A stretch of 64,000 nucleotides of DNA, taken from contig NMRA01000489.1 in the NCBI GenBank assembly GCA_002633005.1, positions 178,801 through 242,800 on the forward strand, written 5' to 3'. This document shows, in pieces, positions 1-11,906 of this stretch. The position numbers were made by a program, and so were the translations under genes. Below the pieces are notes generated by a model that worked only from the letters and a program-made list of their open reading frames with translations, had not been told where the DNA came from and searched no databases. This DNA is from Phoronis australis. Taxonomy: Eukaryota; Animalia; Phoronida. Within the stretch, counting starts at the first letter, position 1. Every line of letters begins with the position of its first letter.

Positions 1-648
1 TGTGCTGACAACCATCTGTAATATCACCTGATGTTGATGTACTGACAGCCTATATTTGATATCACCTGCTGTCTATGTGCTGACAACCTATCTGTAATAT
101 CACTTGATGTTTATGTACTGACAACCTATCTGTAATATCCCCTGATGTTGATGTGCTGACAACCTATCTGTGATATCATTTGATGTTGTTGTGCTGATAA
201 CCTTCCGGCAATGTATCCGAAAAAATGACAGCAGCACTGTTGATGAAATAGCCAGAATTCTTATTGTCCGAAGTTGGTGAGATTTTACTGTATTGATAAA
301 GTGAATGTATACACTTGCACATTAATTTGCAAAAACTCAGTGTTGGTGAATGTCTTGTACAAGTAGTGTCACCTAGTGGTGGAGAGCCAGCGTCATTGCT
401 GTGTTGAATTATGTTTACTGCAGGTGAATGTCTTGTACAAGTAGTGTCACCTAGTGGTGGAGAGCCAACGTCATTGCTGTGTTGAATTATCTTTACTTCA
501 GGCAGCAAAGCGAGCTGGAATANTATGTGCTGACAACCTATCTGTAATATCACCTGATGTTTATGTACTGACAACCTATCTGTAATATCCCCTGATGTTG
601 ATGTGCTGACAACCTATCTGTGATATCACTTGATGTTGTTGTGCTGAT
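1..648. repeat. ~37-bp intronic minisatellite, two blocks (1-~200 and ~525-648)
   Basis: Tandem copies of approximately tgtgctgacaacctatctgtaatatcacctgatgttga are directly visible. Confidence 0.85.
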
Positions 649-1028
649 AACCTTCCGGCAATGTATCCGAAAAAATGACAGCAGCACTGTTGATGAAATA
701 CCCAGAATGCTTATTGTCCGAAGTTGGTGAGATTTTACTGTATTGGTAAAGTGAATGTATACACTTGCACATTAATTTGCAAAAACTCAGTGTTTGTGAA
801 TGTCTTGTACAGGTAGTGTCACCTAGTGGTGGAGAGCCAGCGTCATTGCTGTGTTGAATTATGTTTACTGCAGCTGAATGTCTGTACAAGTAGTGTCACC
901 TAGTGGTGGAGAGCCAACATCATTGCCGTGTTGAATTATGTTTACTGCAGGTGAATGTCTTGTACAAGTAGTGTCACCTAGTGGTGGAGAGCCAACGTCA
1001 TTGCTGTGTTGAATTATCTTTACTTCAG
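345..1028. repeat. 78-bp tandem repeat ending in a splice-acceptor-like tttactgcag/tttacttcag (2 copies at 345-501, 3 copies at ~796-1028)
   Basis: Unit gtgaatgtcttgtacaagtagtgtcacctagtggtggagagccaacgtcattgctgtgttgaattatgtttactgcag; the last copy supplies the GSTK1 acceptor at 1027-1028. Confidence 0.85.
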
Positions 1029-2329
1029 GCAGCAAAGCGAGCTGGAATACCAGAGGCACAAGCTCAAAACTATCTAAGTCGCGTTAGTGATCAGAATGTG
1101 AAGGACAGGTTAAAGGCGTATACTGCGAGGGCACTTGATAAAGGGGTCTGTACAAATACATGGTGTTAAGTCATGTTTTCCAATAAATTCTATGAAATGG
1201 GCAAACTATATGTTAAAGATTTACTCTCATGATTTTGGTTTTTTGACCGTTTGCCTTGCCTGCCTAAATATAATGCTTTTGTAGACTGTCTTTCTGCATA
1301 TGATGAAAAGTCATCTTGTGAAGGCTAAAAATGTGTATAAAAATCTTTATGTTTTCAAGGCTTTTGGAGCACCAACAATTCTACTGCACAGCAATGGAGA
1401 TGAAGAGTTGTTTTTTGGCTCGGATCGTTTCGATCTAGTAGCTCACATGATTGGTTAGTATATGATGTCCCTGGCAACATGCTGGCCATTTGTTGTATAT
1501 TTTCAGCTCTTTCTCATCCAGTAATTCCTTTCTGTTTTGGGTGTAAAAGTAGGCAATGTGGTCTAGTGGGCAGGGATATTCCTGGAGTGCGCCTTTGCGC
1601 CATTAGCGCATAAAAAATAAAAAGGCACAAGTAGATTGCAGTAGTGCACCCCCCACCAGGAGTACATCTTTTAAACTGCAACACTTTTCCAAAAATGCAA
1701 GATTCTATTTAAGTTACTGCCAGTCGGGTAAAACATGACTCTGTTCTTATTTTGATTGCCTTTGAGGTTTCTGTTTCATATGTTACCGCTTTAATTACAC
1801 TAAGTCTGCTGGGCACAACTCTTAGAAAAAAGCACACTTTTCATCATCAGGTGCGCCCAAAGGGCACAGATTCAAACTTGGTCAGGAACATCCCTGAGTA
1901 GGTTGAGTGTGAGCGTCGTGTTCATAAGGTTTGAATCCTGCTGGACCCCGCTTGGGTAGCGCACCCTTGGGGGCTGGGAGGCCATAGCCCCCCACTTATT
2001 TCAGTGATTCCCCGCCCATGCCCCACTGCTAGACCCTTAAGGCTGGACTCTATCTCCTCAGCTCTGTCTTAATTTGTGCATAAGTGTACATGTGTATATT
2101 GATAAATGAAAATGGTCTTAGGCATTGCGTGGGTGTGGCTTAGTGATCTTCGCATGTCTGATGCAAGTGTATCAGACCACCTGCACTATATTTTAACAAT
2201 GAGTTATCCTCTTTGAATAACAATGTCGGTTATTGCTTAGAAAGAGTCATTGACAGAAATGATTATTGTTTAGTTGTATTTGCAGGTAAGAAATATGAAG
2301 GTCCACTGCCTGTGGCGTCTAAAATCTGA
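1029..2329 (+). CDS. GSTK1: Glutathione S-transferase kappa 1, last three coding exons (5' part lies upstream of the window)
   Basis: Exons 1029-1145, 1360-1453 and 2286-2329 with GT-AG introns in consistent phase. Translation AAKRAGIPEAQAQNYLSRVSDQNVKDRLKAYTARALDKG|AFGAPTILLHSNGDEELFFGSDRFDLVAHMIG|KKYEGPLPVASKI*. The GAFGxP and FGSDR motifs are typical of kappa-class GSTs. AATAAA at ~3125. Confidence 0.92.
1552..2190 (+). mobile_element. tRNA-derived SINE interrupted by nested insertions, in the last GSTK1 intron
   Basis: A-box-like tgtggtctagtgg (1557-1569) and B-box ggtttgaatcc (1928-1938). Body motif ctgctagacc and tail gcatgtctgatgcaagtgtatcagaccacctgca match the SINE at 30557-30793. 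Confidence 0.6.
1571..1895. mobile_element. Non-autonomous CAGGG-ended (hAT-like) MITE
   Basis: TIRs cagggatattcctg ... caggaacatccctg; flanks agtggg/agtagg are a 5/6 match, a possible 6-bp TSD. Confidence 0.6.
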
Positions 2330-5300
2330 CCTTCAATAGCTGCCAAAGAGAAGACAACATCTGAGCTGACACTTAGTGGAGACAGCTCAGCTGAGATTCT
2401 GAGAGGTGACAAGATGCAATAATTGGTAAAATCATGTGATGTGAAGCTTCAGAGCTTTATCTATTGTGACTGGTTCACATGTTGATTTACAATTCACAAG
2501 TCGGAATGCAAAGTGTGCTGTGTGATACATGCTCTGTTTAATGATTATCATTCTACTTTGATTTGGGCATGAGGCAACAATTATTCATTCAAGCAAGTGT
2601 GGTACATTGACAATTTAGTCTTAACAAGATTATCAAAGGTCCGAAACATCTTACATCAGTGGTTTTCCCCACTGAGCCTGTTTTGTGCCCAGAATGGTAT
2701 TTCTGATGTTATTGATTTAGTGCTGAACCTTTGTCCAATGGCAGTGCTTGGTGATATCGTTGATTAACTAGTATTAAGTAATGTCCATCTGAATTTTAGA
2801 CAGGCTTCATCCATGACTGATTGCAGGTTGAAATTCGATTCCCATTCATCAGACTCTGTGTCAGGGGCTTCTATATGGCTTGTATGCACCTTGTTGTGAG
2901 AGTAGTTAAAGAAGCCCTTAAGTGTTCTGTATCCATGGTAATGACTGGGTTTTGGTGAACCAAAAATTTATTGCGGTAATACTACCCGAAACTCAAAAAC
3001 GTCAGTGAAGGGCAGTTTGCCACTAATGTTCTCCCCTAGTTAATAAATCTTGTCTTTATTTTGGTTTTGATACTCTATACATTATAGATCACTTGTTTAT
3101 GAATTCAGATCGGTCATTTTGTTCAATAAACAACATAGTTAATGCCATTTGAAAGGCGAGTACATTTTAATTTGTTATTATATATATATATATATATATC
3201 TGTTAAAGGTGATACCAGGAAACTGTGATAATGTGTATTGATTTAAGCTAAAATGGTTTGTTAATATGAGGCGGTAACCATGACTAATGTCTTCTGTGAA
3301 ACTCAATCGAGGTTTTTGTTATACTGACAGACTTAGTCAACTCCATTGGTGGAGTAGCCAGACTGGCTGTTTTAATTATTAGAGGAGCATCTAGCAGTGA
3401 GAAATGAAATGCCTTGTGTGTGCCTTAGTGCGCATGCCTTGTTCCGACTTTTGTTACAAACACTCTCCAGGTGGGAGAGATATTTTTAGTTTCAGTTGTC
3501 ATCAAGGTCTAAAATAAAATAATTAGTGCAAAAGAATTTTCTAACTTCCAAAAGGATGTTGTAAATACCTGTGAATGTACAACCTCCTCCCTCGCAGTCG
3601 ACTCTATCGAGTTTCGCCTTTACGATCGCCCAGTTTCCACCAGTTTCACAGGCCTTCATCCCTAGTCTACAGCCGTTTTACCTCCAGTCAACACAAATTC
3701 TACCCCCTCCTGTTTTACCTCCACCTCCCTTTGGTTGCTTTAATAGGACCGTAAATATGGTTAGTAAGCATTGTTGAGGAGATGAGCTCAGACTAATTCA
3801 ATTTAGCTTACTTTTTTCAGCTTAGTCACAAATTCAGGTTCGCCACCTTTTCACCCCCCCTCCCCTTTATTGTCACCAATTTCTCCCCACCCCGCCATAA
3901 ACTTGTACACGTTATTGTTTTAGGTTGAGGTATTGGGTCATCGCATGGCAACACATACGTTTTAAAAATTAAATACAAGTACCGTTCACAACGCGCCTTT
4001 TGAGTTCACTGCACGTTGTAAATTGGTTGCAAAACGCAGCATGTACTGATGTTACTGTATAAAATTTTTAGGCGATTCCCAAAGGCATGCACTCAGATAC
4101 TTGACAGCAAGCGAGAGAGTGTGGGAGACGAGGCATCCCACGGGGGCTGGGGTCCCTCCTCAAGAAATTTTCATAAATAATTCGTGTTGAAGAGAATTCT
4201 GATTTATCCCAGATGTAGCCTGTTACGGTTTATGTTTCAAATTCGCTCTTCAAAAATTGTAGCAATCTTGTTTGCGATTGACGGTACTTTACTTTGAGCA
4301 TGTCATCAAATCTCCACAATAGTCTTATGGAGGAGTTTTCATCAAAACAATAAATAACGATCTTCCGAAAAAATACTGCCCATCGGAAGTAGAGTCTTTG
4401 TGGTATTCATGGTGATCTTCAAGTTCTTCAAACTTCAATCCGCGGAAGACGGTTAATGCTATTGTTTCTTTTTTGGTCATCTCACATTTTTGGTTGTTAA
4501 AACCTCATCTTTTCATGTTGCCGTGCCTTACATATGAACATATTCTGTATTCTTCTTCTCCAATTTGAAATTTGAAAAGCACCATACAATATGAAATGAA
4601 AAAGCTTTTTTCATCTACCCAACATATTCAAATATTGCCTGCTGCTATTCCCAAACCCCACTTTCTTTGTTCTCAAACCCAATTCGCTACACCATTTGTA
4701 TTTTGTAGTAGAAATCATGAACTGATAATATAGTTATACTAGTACGGTTCAATTTTATCTATACATGTATGTTTTTCGGGATTTGATAATTGTGCTGTTT
4801 ATGAGAATAATTTCGCTTTCTGGTAAAACGATTTTTATATGAACCTCTGGTGTAAATAAAGTACCTGGTTTACAAGTTATCCATGCACTGTATTACAATG
4901 GGTTTATTTTGTAAAAACACAAAGTCCAAAATGTGTAGTCCTGCTGATGATGACTTACGTCAAACCCACTCAGCACCTAAGAACTTCGAAGTTATCAGCG
5001 CCCTATTTTGACCCATGTTTCTGTTGTAAAACCTGTCGTATTTTTTGTTATTTAAATCAATAGTTTCCTGGCTTTTGTTTAGTACAGATAAGTGGCAGAG
5101 AACACAAGAAAACTAATGACGTGCATATATACGAACAAATACTATGGCCTTAAATAGGTGCCCGGTATGGAACGCGAAAGCTCCTCCAAATATCTTTTAA
5201 ACAATTCCTGGCAAAAGTACCACGATCTGTCAACGTCTACTACAGAGTTGTTCACCTTTCCCTCTGAGGGAATTTCCACGAAAAATCACAAAATTCACAA

Positions 5301-6705
5301 TTTTTGAAATATGCGCGAAGGAAACTCTGTGGTCACCACAGAGTTTCTAATCTTCCACTTACGTTAAATGCGCGCTTGCGCTCACAGTCATTCGACAAAC
5401 AGCTGACTGACGAGAAGGATTTTAACGGCAGCCGTGTGATCGCTTTCCGAATCTGAGGGCGACAACACAGTATGAGGCTAGTCAGTGAAGCAAGAGATTT
5501 CCCCCAAGAGAATTCTCAAGTGAATTTTGGAATACCTTTGAAACTAATTTTAAACATTAATTGCCTCTTAATAGGGTTGCTGCTTGAAGTCGCCATTGTT
5601 TTATTTACATCTAATCTCAAAGGTCTCATTTTCCAAATAAGGGAAGTGTGCTACGTCTATGGAGACATGTTTTGCCTTGTGGGAGAACAATCAACGAAGA
5701 TGTGATGTCTATGTTCGAGCAGTTGACTGATCGTTTTTTGAAATTTGAAACTAAAGGGAAAATGCTTTGACATCTACAGAAATTCAAATCTCTACGAACA
5801 AACCGTAAAAATATCTGGTGAACAAGTTAAATTCTGTTCCAGGCCTGTTTGATGTCTAATGCAAGCCTTATATTCCGAATAGTTGTATTGTCAGTGTTCC
5901 CTGCCAGATGATTCGTTCTTTTGCCTATAATGCCAAGGCCTGGAGTATTTTTGAGGTTGGTTTAAGTTTTCACGGTCTTCGTATATTGTTTTCTCAGTCA
6001 ATCTTATTGTTTTTGTTGCGTTGTGAAAGCACAAGCTTTTTCAGCCTCGTTACGGCGCGTCATTAGGTCAAATAAGGACACAAACAAAGCATTTGAGCTT
6101 TAGTGCCAACTTATGATAAACAATTTCTTAGCATGGCAGCAGTTGATTATTTTTGAGACGCAAGAGTCATGAGATTAAAAAAAGCTTGCGAATGCAAGGA
6201 AATCGGATAAGACAAGTTACTAACAAATCCCAAAGCGAATCGATTGAATCGTGCGAATCGAATGCGGCAACAGTCAGAGACTGCCTGGGGCCACAAGGTT
6301 TTTATTAGCTCAAGCGACCACTGCCCGCTTGTAAATTTTGAACAAATATAGACACCGCAAAGTTAAATTATAACAAGGGCTGAGACACCTGTAACAGAAT
6401 TCGAGTGTTATTAAACATTACAGCTTAAATAACGACCAGTTTCAACAAATAATTTAGCAGCTTGCCAGGAAGTAGATATACAGGAAGTTACTGTCTGCGG
6501 CATGTGATTTTACTTTTCATTGGTGTAAACCACATCAGCCAGACATAAACCAATAGGGCCGTCCCGGATTACACGGATATAGAGCTCTCCTTTGTCCAGG
6601 AGATAAGAAAGCGTGTGACCTCGTTTTGGAAATCGGGCACATTTTCGTGTCTCTCATTGGTGTCGTGAAGGCGAAGAATTTCAGGTCGCATCCACGGGTA
6701 TTTGT

Positions 6706-8479
6706 AACAAACACTGGCATGGTCTGTTGTACAGGTAAATCGATGCTTAATTCGTGTTGAGAAATGTGAATTCCAGAAAATTGTGGTTGTGCCTTTTCGG
6801 AGTGCTTCTTTCTACTGTCTCTAACTTTGTTTACGTTGCTGTCAGTGCTGCAGTGGTAAAATAAGAGGTAAGTAGGCGCCTAAAGCCCACCGTATCACCT
6901 TGAGCACTGAACGTAACTTAAGGTGCGTAGGTCCAACGTTCAAATGCCAAAAGGAGGTTGGCTGCGCCTACGTGCGCCTACGCCCCACTACAGCACTGGT
7001 TGCTGTCCTGTATTCACACCTGTTAAATCGGCCAGATGTGTCAGTGTTCATTGTACATGTATGTGCTTCAAACACGCGACTATTAAACATTATTGCAGAA
7101 ACGAAATAGTTGCTGTTGCGCCATTTGTATGACAAGGCAAAAATCGTTCGTAGTCCTCCATTTTCTTTTCTTTGTTGTAAAGCTAAGCAATGACTGCCGA
7201 CTTACAGCAACCAGTCAAAGCGCGTTGTGACTGAATGATATACCTGCATGTTTTCTACACGCACGGAACCAGCCGAGAGCCTCAGCAAAGCCTCATCAGT
7301 TCTTACCCCATCCCAAGAGCAACACGGATCGTTGAAATGCGCCCACGAATGCATGGTGTGCTTTTAGGGTTGCTTATTTGTGTCATAAAAATGGCCACTA
7401 GATGGTGCAAAAACATACAATCCGTCCGAAAACGGGAACAGGTCATTGCTTCTTTAATAGGAAGCTAAACATCAAATTTCACAGAAATCGGTCATAGAAC
7501 TTCAGAGAAACAAAGGAAAACAGAATAAAATGAAATTGCCACTAGGGGGCATAGTGTTCATTGGATCCACCTGGAAGTCGTCATTGTCTGCTGTTAGCTT
7601 CATATAAATAAACTTACAAAATTTAGTAACGATCCTGTAGTCAGCGCTTAGGAGAGGCAGCTATGGGCGCAAAACAAAACAACACTACCACTAGGAAGCG
7701 CTAGATTAGTCAAAGTCGTCATCATCAACCGTCCTCTTCACACTGAGAATATATACGCCAATTTTCGAAGCCATCCTTAGAAAGAATTGGTTTATAGAGA
7801 GGTAGACGCCAAAAAAAAAACAGACTCGGAAAGAGCAAAAATGGCCACTAGGTGGTGCAAAGTACCTTGATTCCATCCGAAAACGGGAGGATAGCGTCAT
7901 CACCAATAGATGCCCGTATTCAAAATTTTATGAAAATCTGTTGAGGACCTTTGAAGAGGTAAACGTAAAACTAAAATTGCCAACAGGGGCATACGAGTAG
8001 TCAGATCCATCCCAAAATCATCGTCGTCTTTTGTCAACATCATATAAACACACTTCTTAAACTTATTAAAGATGCTGCATATGGTTTAGGACATACAGCC
8101 ATGGGCGCTAAAAAGGAAACTCCCACTAGGAGGCGCCACAGTTGTCGAAGTCATTGGAAAATCGCGATCCACTTCATAGTAAAAACATACATGCCAATTT
8201 TCACAATTATCCTGAAAGCGGTTTGGTTGATAGAGGGGTGGACGCCACAAAACAGGCTCAAAAACAGTAAAAATGGCCACTAGGAGGCAGACTATGTCGA
8301 ATCCATCTGAAAAGGGAAAGATACCGTCACCTCACTAACAGAAGCCTGTTCGCCAAACTTTATGAAATTACGTTGAGGACCTTTGAAGATACAGAGGTAA
8401 AAGTAAAAAAATAAAATTGCCACCAGGTGGCACACCAGTTGTCCGATCTGTCCGAAAGTCGTCGTCCATTGTCAACATC
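6706..8479 (+). repeat. ~1.77-kb direct duplication, copy 1 (copy 2 at 11907-13683)
   Basis: Near-identical sequence at an offset of ~5.2 kb; the ORF track shows duplicated spurious peptides. Copy 1 stops at an N at 8480. Confidence 0.9.
7385..8479 (+). repeat. ~146-bp satellite with ~440-bp higher-order trimer and a CTCF-like motif in each monomer
   Basis: CCAC(T/C)AGnnGGnGC-type motifs start at 7395, 7539, 7688, 7845, 7980, 8123, 8277 and 8420. Confidence 0.75.
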
Positions 8480-8963
8480 NGCTTACTTGATGACCTAGAA
8501 TGACTTACTTAGCTACCTCAGTTCAAAGCGAATAATATGAAGCGGTAACAACTTTGTTAATTCGCAATTTTGAGCTTGACAGCCCTCCAAACTGTGGTCT
8601 GTGGTAGTTTTAGGTAATTGTGATATGTGTTTTCTGCTGACATGACAATGACTTGTTAAATAATAACCGACTGACCGTGAATACTCGGGGTATTTGATTT
8701 TTTTTCGAAAACATGTCCCAAAGCATCACGAAGTTTTTATTTGGTAATCATACGTTTCCTAAATGAACTCGATTTAATAAATATAGATTATTACATTGCG
8801 AAGTTGTTATATCACGATAATTCTCCAAAATCCACGAGGGCTCTAGATAATGGGGATAACGACTTGCAACATGTAATAATCTATACCATACACTGAATGA
8901 TGACCTTTGCCATGAATCGATCTTCCTTTCTTGACTCGTCTCGGCTATCTAACTACTTTCTAG

Positions 8964-9589
8964 AGCTCGCTGGTTCCCTGCGTGAAAAGATTTTATAGTT
9001 ACTTTGCTGCGTGCCGCTAGGTGGTCGGTAGTCAGCACGCTGGTATCACTTAATTTTCCTCGGGAAATTTTTTTACACCGACGTTTCTGATTGGCTGGTC
9101 AAATTCTCAACAACAGTGCTTCACGCGAACAAACTGGCATGACTGATGGAGCAAGTATAAATGTGGTCTTTTGTACAGGCAAGTCGGTGCTTAAAATTTA
9201 TATTCAGGAAATCTGAATCTCAGAAATTGTGGTTGCGCTTCATCGGAGTACATCTTTCTACTGTCGATGACTTTTGTTTACGATACTGCCCTGTATTCAT
9301 ACAGTATGAATAACATCGCACCGGATAAATCGGCCAGATATGTGTTTATTGTACAACTACATGTAAGTGCTTCAAGCACGCGGCTATTAAACATTGACTG
9401 CAGGAACGAAATAGTTACTGCTACGCCACTTGCATGACAAGGCTAAAAATCGTTCATAGTCCGCCATTTTTTCACGTTGTTGTAAAGCTAACCAATGACT
9501 GCCGAGGTTACACCAACCAATGCTAAAGCGCGTGCCACTGCGTGATACCTGCGTGCTGGCTAGGCACTGACGTAGGGAACCAGCGAGCT
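8964..9589. mobile_element. Non-autonomous TIR element (MITE)
   Basis: TIRs agctcgctggttccctgcgt ... acgtagggaaccagcgagct; flanks ttctag/ttctac. Interior is homologous to ~6710-7275 and ~11850-12480; a minimal copy lies at 35263-35341. Confidence 0.7.
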
Positions 9590-9603
9590 TTCTACAGACA
9601 CCT

Positions 9604-9757
9604 GCCTCCCGTTCAGTAACGCTAGGACCTCGCTAAAACGCAAGACCTCGCGAGATTACGTGACATATTACCGTGCATTTTAAATGAGAACACGTGACTT
9701 TGACTAGGTTTTAGCTGAGTCTTAGCATAGGTCCTAGCGTCTACTGAACGCACGCCC
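9604..9757. mobile_element. ~150-bp MITE, cgttcagtaacgctaggacct family
   Basis: TIRs cgttcagtaacgctaggacct ... aggtcctagcgtctactgaacg; other copies at 27718-27857 and 44817-44934. Confidence 0.75.
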
Positions 9758-9991
9758 GGAGTTGGTGGTCGTGACCTCTTACGAAACGCCGAGTCATCGT
9801 TCTTGTTAAAATAATGTTTTTACTCATAATCCATTGAAAATTTAAACCGAAATAAAGTGAATCTATAAAATAAGTTTTAAGCAAAGAGGCTAGCTTACTA
9901 TAGATCTTATGCTGAGCTTCCACTGTGAAAATATCGTCTGCTAAAGTAGGTTACCACTGGTTACTGAGACATTTAGATTTATTTCTGCAGT

Positions 9992-10300
9992 CAAGGCTTG
10001 GAATTTTCCGCTGAAAGGTGGATTTTCGCTTTTTTCTCTTATTCCCTCCGCGTATGTTTGTTATATTTCCGCGGAAAAAATCGGATTTGCCATAAAAGAT
10101 TTCGCCGTAAACTGGTTTCTATAACCGCGGCCTTGCCGACGACTCCTAAAGCGGAAACTGCTCTTTATGTTTTGGAGGAACGAAAATCGCAATTGCCGGG
10201 GCACCTGGGATTGCGTGGTTCATCAATGGCGTCTGCATATGGTATGAATCGCAGTGACAAATATTGCGATTCTGCGGCCAAAAATGCGTGAAGCTTGGAT
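9992..10300. mobile_element. Partial inverted copy of the hAT-like MITE at 42976-43474
   Basis: Begins caaggcttggaattttccgc and aligns by eye to the reverse complement of ~43170-43474. Confidence 0.65.
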
Positions 10301-10593
10301 TAGACAGAATATTTCGTGGAAAAATAGGTTAAAAGAAATGGTCAATGTGTTCGCAAACAACAAAGGTCTGGGTTTGCGCTCTGTAAACGTTGACAGTGGG
10401 ACAATTACGGCGTGCGTGGCCGAATCGCGGAGAACCACCTTAAAACGATGAAACGCAAGAAAGAAAACCCCTTTGTGAAAGGAAATTCAATCGTAACCTG
10501 TAGTAATTCGTTGGATTGGAATCGTGGGATGTGAGTGATGTGTGAAATTCTTTTGTTTGATCCCACGTACAAGCCCGCCGTGCTGGCATTTGC

Positions 10594-11446
10594 CTAGGCA
10601 ATGACCATCGCCTCTGTTGGCCCGAAGCAGAGGCGATGTAGAGGCTATAGGCGCTCTGTACGCCGGAAGCTTTTCGGCGAATTATGCCTCGCACCGACTA
10701 AACCATCAAAGCCACGTTGTTATAACTACCTTTTGAGCATAGACGAACACCTTAGGAGGTTGTCGATGTGTTTAAGTTCTTCCAACTCGAACAAATACTC
10801 CCGTTATGAAACTTTTTCTTCGAGCAGTCCCTATTTCAGTTCCCAAAATCGTGAAATCAACTTTTTCATTTTTTTAACCAGGCCGAAGGTCAGAAGTTGC
10901 GGACCTACCGGCGAACTTTGAAAGCTGAAGTTCCCGCCCTTCGCGTACGTGCTGCCGGGAACCAGCCGTGCATTTGCCGTGTTGTTAAACATTAAAATGT
11001 CAAATATGTGCACAAAGACTATTAAATGTCATATCAACAGCATTTATTTTTATCAAATACAAACAATGATTCATTGAAATACAATCAGTTTCAAGTAACG
11101 CCAATTAAAGACAAGTATAAGTGGTGGCATTTTGGAAACGAACATTTGACTGACAAGACCGCAATGGCTCACCTTTGGCCTATTTAAAGATTGAGGTCAT
11201 GAATTGGAGCGTGCGCAGTATAAAAATGGTGAGTTCACGATTTTGGGAACTGAAATAGGGACTGCTCGAAGAAAAAGTTTCATAACGGGAGTATTTGTTC
11301 GAGTTGGAAGGAATTAAACACATCGGCAACCTCCTAAGGTGTTCCTCTATGCGCAAAATTCGCCGAAAAGCTTCCGGCGTACAGAGCGCCTATAGCCTCT
11401 ACATCGCCTCTGCTTCGGGCCAACAGAGGCGATGGTCATTGCCTAG
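10594..11446. mobile_element. Foldback-like long inverted repeat (arms ~10594-10855 and ~11234-11446)
   Basis: Arms are near-perfect reverse complements apart from a ~48-bp insert in the left arm. Each arm contains the hairpin catcgcctctg-N11-cagaggcgatg. A fragment recurs at ~55510-55555. Confidence 0.75.
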
Positions 11447-11906
11447 CATTTGCCAAGTTGGCTGCCAGGCCCGAGTCCGCCGATTTTCCACGTGCCGCCG
11501 AAACGGGATACAAAGTGCTATTTTCGTTACTGCAAATGTGTTTTAAGTTGCCGTTGATGTATTCCAATTTATTTTGACATTTTTCTTGTTTTATTTTTGT
11601 TAAAAAGTGACCGACTCGAGTTTTGCAGTTCAAGAGAGAAGTGGTCACGTGGCAGGTTTTGAATGATCTGATTGGTCCAAGCCATTGTTTACAAATTCTG
11701 CTAGCCTACTTTGAGTGTCCTTGTAGTTATTTCTTATGTCACATAGTTTATTCTGCACCAGCATGGCTCATAAACAATTATCTCCTGTAAGTGCTGTTTT
11801 AAACTGAAAAGTTTGGCCAACTTAGGATTGTGATTGATGTGTTCTAATTTTTACACCGACGTTTCTAATTGCCTGGTCTAATTCTCAACAGGTAGCGCTT
11901 TACGCA

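Noticed and set aside
1-1028. CRISPR-like repeat arrays and the repetitive minus-strand ORFs
   Set aside because: Units are head-to-tail with no unique spacers and no cas genes; they are intronic minisatellites in a eukaryotic gene.
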